In this document: positions 8,692-15,075 of the stretch, piece by piece
Layout: every line of letters starts with the position of its first letter
Position numbering within the stretch: the first letter of the stretch is position 1
Assembly (NCBI GenBank): GCA_043228905.1
Contig: JBHGNT010000819.1
Span: 1-15,075 of the forward strand
Length of the DNA stretch: 15,075 bases
Reading direction: 5' to 3'
DNA from: Azolla caroliniana
Lineage: Eukaryota > Plantae > Polypodiophyta
Made by a program: the position numbers and the translations under genes
The notes under the pieces: model-generated
Told to the model about the DNA's origin: nothing
Databases searched by the model: none
The model's input: the letters and a program-made list of their open reading frames with translations, nothing else

Positions 8692-8985
8692 CACGTGCCC
8701 GCACACCCCTACGCGCACGCGCGAGTGCGCACATTTACCTATGTATGTATAAATGTTATGTTGCTCGACAAGCTCTCGCGCGAGGAGGAGGAGTACCCGC
8801 TACAGGTTGCGCCCAGATTGTCTGGTGACAATACGACACCTAGGACTAGCCTAGACGTGTGGGAGGGTGGACTAGTTGGTATGGGTCTTGGGCAAGAGTT
8901 GTACGCAGGACACACACGTTATGGTAATGGGAGTGGTGAGTGACATGCATGTGCTCTGATTGCATGGCCATGTGTATATATTAAA
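8692..8985 (+). promoter_or_regulatory. RY/G-box/TATA promoter, copy 6
   Basis: Same motifs and spacing as copy 1. Confidence 0.75.
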
Positions 8986-9051
8986 GGTGGAGGGAGCAAT
9001 GTCAATACAATCCATTAGGAGACAAGCACCGGGATCATAAGGACAATCGCA

Positions 9052-9837
9052 ATGGCAAAGCTTACTTCCGTATTCCTCATGGCCGTGATCATGCTCGCCG
9101 CGTGTACCGCGGCCAATGCTAGGTCTGTAGGGCGGGACCGTGAAGAGGAGCGACGCGATCGACGTCGTGAGGGAGACATTGACGAGGAGAGGCGCGATCG
9201 ACGCCGAGAGGGGGAGTGCGATGACGAGAGGCGCGAGCGACGTCGTGAGGGGTTCCTTGAGGAGGGGCGCCGCTACAGAGACAACAAGAGAGACTCCGAA
9301 GAGGAAAGGGAACGTCGTAGCCGTGGTCGCGATGAGCCACGTGACGAGGAACTGAGGCGAGAGTGCGGTGATTTCATCGACAAGCAGATCCGAGAGCTAC
9401 AAGAGCGCTCCGAAAGAGAGGAAGGTGAACAAGGACGTCGCTCCCCATGGATCGAAAACACTCGATACTCAAGACCCTCGGAACGGTGCTGCAGGAACGT
9501 CGAACGAATCCCCGCCGAAGATCGATGCGATCGCCTACGTGATGCCTTGTATGCTGACGAGGAGGAACGACGCAATGATGAAGGCCGACGCCATGGCCAA
9601 CAATCAAGGGAACACCGTAGCTGGGAGGAAGAGGACGAGGAGCGCGAGAGAGATAGCAGCCGTGAGCGACGAGAGGGTGACGAACGCCGCCACCGCATGT
9701 CTCGACGACAAGAGGACGAACGTCAACAACGTCGCCAATTCAAGGCCGATGACGAGGAAAGAGCTCTAGGCGTCGCCGCCTCCCGCCTACTCCAACAGTG
9801 CGATCTTCGCCCTCGTGCTTGTATTCGTCGCTTCTAA
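9052..9837 (+). CDS. 2S albumin-like storage protein, copy 6, 261 aa
   Basis: Translation identical to copy 2. Confidence 0.85.
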   Translation: MAKLTSVFLMAVIMLAACTAANARSVGRDREEERRDRRREGDIDEERRDRRREGECDDERRERRREGFLEEGRRYRDNKRDSEEERERRSRGRDEPRDEELRRECGDFIDKQIRELQERSEREEGEQGRRSPWIENTRYSRPSERCCRNVERIPAEDRCDRLRDALYADEEERRNDEGRRHGQQSREHRSWEEEDEERERDSSRERREGDERRHRMSRRQEDERQQRRQFKADDEERALGVAASRLLQQCDLRPRACIRRF

Positions 9838-10346
9838 ATAGTACATAAACCTTGTTCAAATTATTCTCGTGGTCTCTCTCTAATTTCTCGTAAGTGTTTA
9901 CGAACAAGTGCGTCTCCCCAATCGCGCATTACACCCACACGAACGTAAACACGAGCACCAACGTCCCTCCAACACGAACGTAAACACGAGCACCAACGCA
10001 TAGAATTTGCCTATAGGGACCGCAAACCACCCAAACGGAAAAAAAAACATCAAAGCAGGACACCCATACCGCACACGCCACGGCAACGGCTAAGGCTAAG
10101 GTCAACTTGTACACGCGGCGAATGTGAACTTGCTTCCACACTTGCCCGATAGGACACTCCTAGTGTGGTAGTCCGGTTAGCTTTCCTTGTCGTCGTCGTT
10201 ACCAACCCCTCGTCCGTCCGAACGAGCGAGTACGGACACCGGTCTATCTACGTTCATCGATGTAGCACACTCGGGAGCCACCACTCGTCCCGCAGTAGCC
10301 TCCGCGTGCTTAGTGTCTCGGCACTAGCGCGTTCTAGTTTAATGTG

Positions 10347-10640
10347 CACGTGCCCGCACACCCCTACGCGCACGCGCGAGTGCGCACATTTACCTATGTA
10401 TGTATAAATGTTATGTTGCTCGACAAGCTCTCGCGCGAGGAGGAGGAGTACCCGCTACAGGTTGCGCCCAGATTGTCTGGTGACAATACGACACCTAGGA
10501 CTAGCCTAGACGTGTGGGAGGGTGGACTAGTTGGTATGGGTCTTGGGCAAGAGTTGTACGCAGGACACACACGTTATGGTAATGGGAGTGGTGAGTGACA
10601 TGCATGTGCTCTGATTGCATGGCCATGTGTATATATTAAA
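10347..10640 (+). promoter_or_regulatory. RY/G-box/TATA promoter, copy 7
   Basis: Same motifs and spacing as copy 1. Confidence 0.75.
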
Positions 10641-10706
10641 GGTGGAGGGAGCAATGTCAATACAATCCATTAGGAGACAAGCACCGGGATCATAAGGACA
10701 ATCGCA

Positions 10707-11492
10707 ATGGCAAAGCTTACTTCCGTATTCCTCATGGCCGTGATCATGCTCGCCGCGTGTACCGCGGCCAATGCTAGGTCTGTAGGGCGGGACCGTGAAG
10801 AGGAGCGACGCGATCGACGTCGTGAGGGAGACATTGACGAGGAGAGGCGCGATCGACGCCGAGAGGGGGAGTGCGATGACGAGAGGCGCGAGCGACGTCG
10901 TGAGGGGTTCCTTGAGGAGGGGCGCCGCTACAGAGACAACAAGAGAGACTCCGAAGAGGAAAGGGAACGTCGTAGCCGTGGTCGCGATGAGCCACGTGAC
11001 GAGGAACTGAGGCGAGAGTGCGGTGATTTCATCGACAAGCAGATCCGAGAGCTACAAGAGCGCTCCGAAAGAGAGGAAGGTGAACAAGGACGTCGCTCCC
11101 CATGGATCGAAAACACTCGATACTCAAGACCCTCGGAACGGTGCTGCAGGAACGTCGAACGAATCCCCGCCGAAGATCGATGCGATCGCCTACGTGATGC
11201 CTTGTATGCTGACGAGGAGGAACGACGCAATGATGAAGGCCGACGCCATGGCCAACAATCAAGGGAACACCGTAGCTGGGAGGAAGAGGACGAGGAGCGC
11301 GAGAGAGATAGCAGCCGTGAGCGACGAGAGGGTGACGAACGCCGCCACCGCATGTCTCGACGACAAGAGGACGAACGTCAACAACGTCGCCAATTCAAGG
11401 CCGATGACGAGGAAAGAGCTCTAGGCGTCGCCGCCTCCCGCCTACTCCAACAGTGCGATCTTCGCCCTCGTGCTTGTATTCGTCGCTTCTAA
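10707..11492 (+). CDS. 2S albumin-like storage protein, copy 7, 261 aa
   Basis: Translation identical to copy 2. Confidence 0.85.
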   Translation: MAKLTSVFLMAVIMLAACTAANARSVGRDREEERRDRRREGDIDEERRDRRREGECDDERRERRREGFLEEGRRYRDNKRDSEEERERRSRGRDEPRDEELRRECGDFIDKQIRELQERSEREEGEQGRRSPWIENTRYSRPSERCCRNVERIPAEDRCDRLRDALYADEEERRNDEGRRHGQQSREHRSWEEEDEERERDSSRERREGDERRHRMSRRQEDERQQRRQFKADDEERALGVAASRLLQQCDLRPRACIRRF

Positions 11493-12001
11493 ATAGTACA
11501 TAAACCTTGTTCAAATTATTCTCGTGGTCTCTCTCTAATTTCTCGTAAGTGTTTACGAACAAGTGCGTCTCCCCAATCGCGCATTACACCCACACGAACG
11601 TAAACACGAGCACCAACGTCCCTCCAACACGAACGTAAACACGAGCACCAACGCATAGAATTTGCCTATAGGGACCGCAAACCACCCAAACGGAAAAAAA
11701 AACATCAAAGCAGGACACCCATACCGCACACGCCACGGCAACGGCTAAGGCTAAGGTCAACTTGTACACGCGGCGAATGTGAACTTGCTTCCACACTTGC
11801 CCGATAGGACACTCCTAGTGTGGTAGTCCGGTTAGCTTTCCTTGTCGTCGTCGTTACCAACCCCTCGTCCGTCCGAACGAGCGAGTACGGACACCGGTCT
11901 ATCTACGTTCATCGATGTAGCACACTCGGGAGCCACCACTCGTCCCGCAGTAGCCTCCGCGTGCTTAGTGTCTCGGCACTAGCGCGTTCTAGTTTAATGT
12001 G

Positions 12002-12295
12002 CACGTGCCCGCACACCCCTACGCGCACGCGCGAGTGCGCACATTTACCTATGTATGTATAAATGTTATGTTGCTCGACAAGCTCTCGCGCGAGGAGGAG
12101 GAGTACCCGCTACAGGTTGCGCCCAGATTGTCTGGTGACAATACGACACCTAGGACTAGCCTAGACGTGTGGGAGGGTGGACTAGTTGGTATGGGTCTTG
12201 GGCAAGAGTTGTACGCAGGACACACACGTTATGGTAATGGGAGTGGTGAGTGACATGCATGTGCTCTGATTGCATGGCCATGTGTATATATTAAA
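12002..12295 (+). promoter_or_regulatory. RY/G-box/TATA promoter, copy 8
   Basis: Same motifs and spacing as copy 1. Confidence 0.75.
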
Positions 12296-12361
12296 GGTGG
12301 AGGGAGCAATGTCAATACAATCCATTAGGAGACAAGCACCGGGATCATAAGGACAATCGCA

Positions 12362-13147
12362 ATGGCAAAGCTTACTTCCGTATTCCTCATGGCCGTGATC
12401 ATGCTCGCCGCGTGTACCGCGGCCAATGCTAGGTCTGTAGGGCGGGACCGTGAAGAGGAGCGACGCGATCGACGTCGTGAGGGAGACATTGACGAGGAGA
12501 GGCGCGATCGACGCCGAGAGGGGGAGTGCGATGACGAGAGGCGCGAGCGACGTCGTGAGGGGTTCCTTGAGGAGGGGCGCCGCTACAGAGACAACAAGAG
12601 AGACTCCGAAGAGGAAAGGGAACGTCGTAGCCGTGGTCGCGATGAGCCACGTGACGAGGAACTGAGGCGAGAGTGCGGTGATTTCATCGACAAGCAGATC
12701 CGAGAGCTACAAGAGCGCTCCGAAAGAGAGGAAGGTGAACAAGGACGTCGCTCCCCATGGATCGAAAACACTCGATACTCAAGACCCTCGGAACGGTGCT
12801 GCAGGAACGTCGAACGAATCCCCGCCGAAGATCGATGCGATCGCCTACGTGATGCCTTGTATGCTGACGAGGAGGAACGACGCAATGATGAAGGCCGACG
12901 CCATGGCCAACAATCAAGGGAACACCGTAGCTGGGAGGAAGAGGACGAGGAGCGCGAGAGAGATAGCAGCCGTGAGCGACGAGAGGGTGACGAACGCCGC
13001 CACCGCATGTCTCGACGACAAGAGGACGAACGTCAACAACGTCGCCAATTCAAGGCCGATGACGAGGAAAGAGCTCTAGGCGTCGCCGCCTCCCGCCTAC
13101 TCCAACAGTGCGATCTTCGCCCTCGTGCTTGTATTCGTCGCTTCTAA
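12362..13147 (+). CDS. 2S albumin-like storage protein, copy 8, 261 aa
   Basis: Translation identical to copy 2. Confidence 0.85.
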   Translation: MAKLTSVFLMAVIMLAACTAANARSVGRDREEERRDRRREGDIDEERRDRRREGECDDERRERRREGFLEEGRRYRDNKRDSEEERERRSRGRDEPRDEELRRECGDFIDKQIRELQERSEREEGEQGRRSPWIENTRYSRPSERCCRNVERIPAEDRCDRLRDALYADEEERRNDEGRRHGQQSREHRSWEEEDEERERDSSRERREGDERRHRMSRRQEDERQQRRQFKADDEERALGVAASRLLQQCDLRPRACIRRF

Positions 13148-13656
13148 ATAGTACATAAACCTTGTTCAAATTATTCTCGTGGTCTCTCTCTAATTTCTCG
13201 TAAGTGTTTACGAACAAGTGCGTCTCCCCAATCGCGCATTACACCCACACGAACGTAAACACGAGCACCAACGTCCCTCCAACACGAACGTAAACACGAG
13301 CACCAACGCATAGAATTTGCCTATAGGGACCGCAAACCACCCAAACGGAAAAAAAAACATCAAAGCAGGACACCCATACCGCACACGCCACGGCAACGGC
13401 TAAGGCTAAGGTCAACTTGTACACGCGGCGAATGTGAACTTGCTTCCACACTTGCCCGATAGGACACTCCTAGTGTGGTAGTCCGGTTAGCTTTCCTTGT
13501 CGTCGTCGTTACCAACCCCTCGTCCGTCCGAACGAGCGAGTACGGACACCGGTCTATCTACGTTCATCGATGTAGCACACTCGGGAGCCACCACTCGTCC
13601 CGCAGTAGCCTCCGCGTGCTTAGTGTCTCGGCACTAGCGCGTTCTAGTTTAATGTG

Positions 13657-13950
13657 CACGTGCCCGCACACCCCTACGCGCACGCGCGAGTGCGCACATT
13701 TACCTATGTATGTATAAATGTTATGTTGCTCGACAAGCTCTCGCGCGAGGAGGAGGAGTACCCGCTACAGGTTGCGCCCAGATTGTCTGGTGACAATACG
13801 ACACCTAGGACTAGCCTAGACGTGTGGGAGGGTGGACTAGTTGGTATGGGTCTTGGGCAAGAGTTGTACGCAGGACACACACGTTATGGTAATGGGAGTG
13901 GTGAGTGACATGCATGTGCTCTGATTGCATGGCCATGTGTATATATTAAA
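13657..13950 (+). promoter_or_regulatory. RY/G-box/TATA promoter, copy 9
   Basis: Same motifs and spacing as copy 1. Confidence 0.75.
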
Positions 13951-14016
13951 GGTGGAGGGAGCAATGTCAATACAATCCATTAGGAGACAAGCACCGGGAT
14001 CATAAGGACAATCGCA

Positions 14017-14802
14017 ATGGCAAAGCTTACTTCCGTATTCCTCATGGCCGTGATCATGCTCGCCGCGTGTACCGCGGCCAATGCTAGGTCTGTAGGGCGG
14101 GACCGTGAAGAGGAGCGACGCGATCGACGTCGTGAGGGAGACATTGACGAGGAGAGGCGCGATCGACGCCGAGAGGGGGAGTGCGATGACGAGAGGCGCG
14201 AGCGACGTCGTGAGGGGTTCCTTGAGGAGGGGCGCCGCTACAGAGACAACAAGAGAGACTCCGAAGAGGAAAGGGAACGTCGTAGCCGTGGTCGCGATGA
14301 GCCACGTGACGAGGAACTGAGGCGAGAGTGCGGTGATTTCATCGACAAGCAGATCCGAGAGCTACAAGAGCGCTCCGAAAGAGAGGAAGGTGAACAAGGA
14401 CGTCGCTCCCCATGGATCGAAAACACTCGATACTCAAGACCCTCGGAACGGTGCTGCAGGAACGTCGAACGAATCCCCGCCGAAGATCGATGCGATCGCC
14501 TACGTGATGCCTTGTATGCTGACGAGGAGGAACGACGCAATGATGAAGGCCGACGCCATGGCCAACAATCAAGGGAACACCGTAGCTGGGAGGAAGAGGA
14601 CGAGGAGCGCGAGAGAGATAGCAGCCGTGAGCGACGAGAGGGTGACGAACGCCGCCACCGCATGTCTCGACGACAAGAGGACGAACGTCAACAACGTCGC
14701 CAATTCAAGGCCGATGACGAGGAAAGAGCTCTAGGCGTCGCCGCCTCCCGCCTACTCCAACAGTGCGATCTTCGCCCTCGTGCTTGTATTCGTCGCTTCT
14801 AA
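14017..14802 (+). CDS. 2S albumin-like storage protein, copy 9, 261 aa
   Basis: Translation identical to copy 2. Confidence 0.85.
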   Translation: MAKLTSVFLMAVIMLAACTAANARSVGRDREEERRDRRREGDIDEERRDRRREGECDDERRERRREGFLEEGRRYRDNKRDSEEERERRSRGRDEPRDEELRRECGDFIDKQIRELQERSEREEGEQGRRSPWIENTRYSRPSERCCRNVERIPAEDRCDRLRDALYADEEERRNDEGRRHGQQSREHRSWEEEDEERERDSSRERREGDERRHRMSRRQEDERQQRRQFKADDEERALGVAASRLLQQCDLRPRACIRRF

Positions 14803-15075
14803 ATAGTACATAAACCTTGTTCAAATTATTCTCGTGGTCTCTCTCTAATTTCTCGTAAGTGTTTACGAACAAGTGCGTCTCCCCAATCGCGCATTACACC
14901 CACACGAACGTAAACACGAGCACCAACGTCCCTCCAACACGAACGTAAACACGAGCACCAACGCATAGAATTTGCCTATAGGGACCGCAAACCACCCAAA
15001 CGGAAAAAAAAACATCAAAGCAGGACACCCATACCGCACACGCCACGGCAACGGCTAAGGCTAAGGTCAACTTGT

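Larger units (their letters stand above)
1..15075 (+). repeat. Head-to-tail tandem gene array, ~1655-bp unit, 9 full CDS copies plus partial units at both edges
   Basis: CDS starts at 856, 2486, 4114, 5742, 7397, 9052, 10707, 12362 and 14017. Spacings are 1630, 1628, 1628, then five of exactly 1655. The same ORF translations recur in every unit on both strands. Confidence 0.99.

Overview
The whole window is a head-to-tail tandem array of a ~1655-bp unit: 9 complete gene copies plus partial units at both edges, so the array continues beyond the window. Each unit is a complete, intronless plant gene. It has a promoter with G-box/ABRE cores, RY (CATGCATG) elements and a TATA box, and a 786-bp CDS for a 261-aa secreted protein. 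The protein has a 2S albumin/prolamin-superfamily cysteine skeleton (C..CC..xRC..C..C), expanded by long Arg/Glu/Asp-rich segments (hand count: 68 R, 49 E, 25 D, 4 K). The best reading is an atypical, nitrogen-rich seed or spore storage albumin that lacks the canonical C1-C5 disulfide pair, amplified into a highly homogenised array. The differences I saw between copies are four 25-28-nt deletions in the first 4.8 kb (one frameshifts copy 1, one removes both RY elements of copy 3), a 1-nt insertion, and one promoter SNP that creates a consensus ABRE. All comparisons were done by eye and from ORF spacing; no database search was run.
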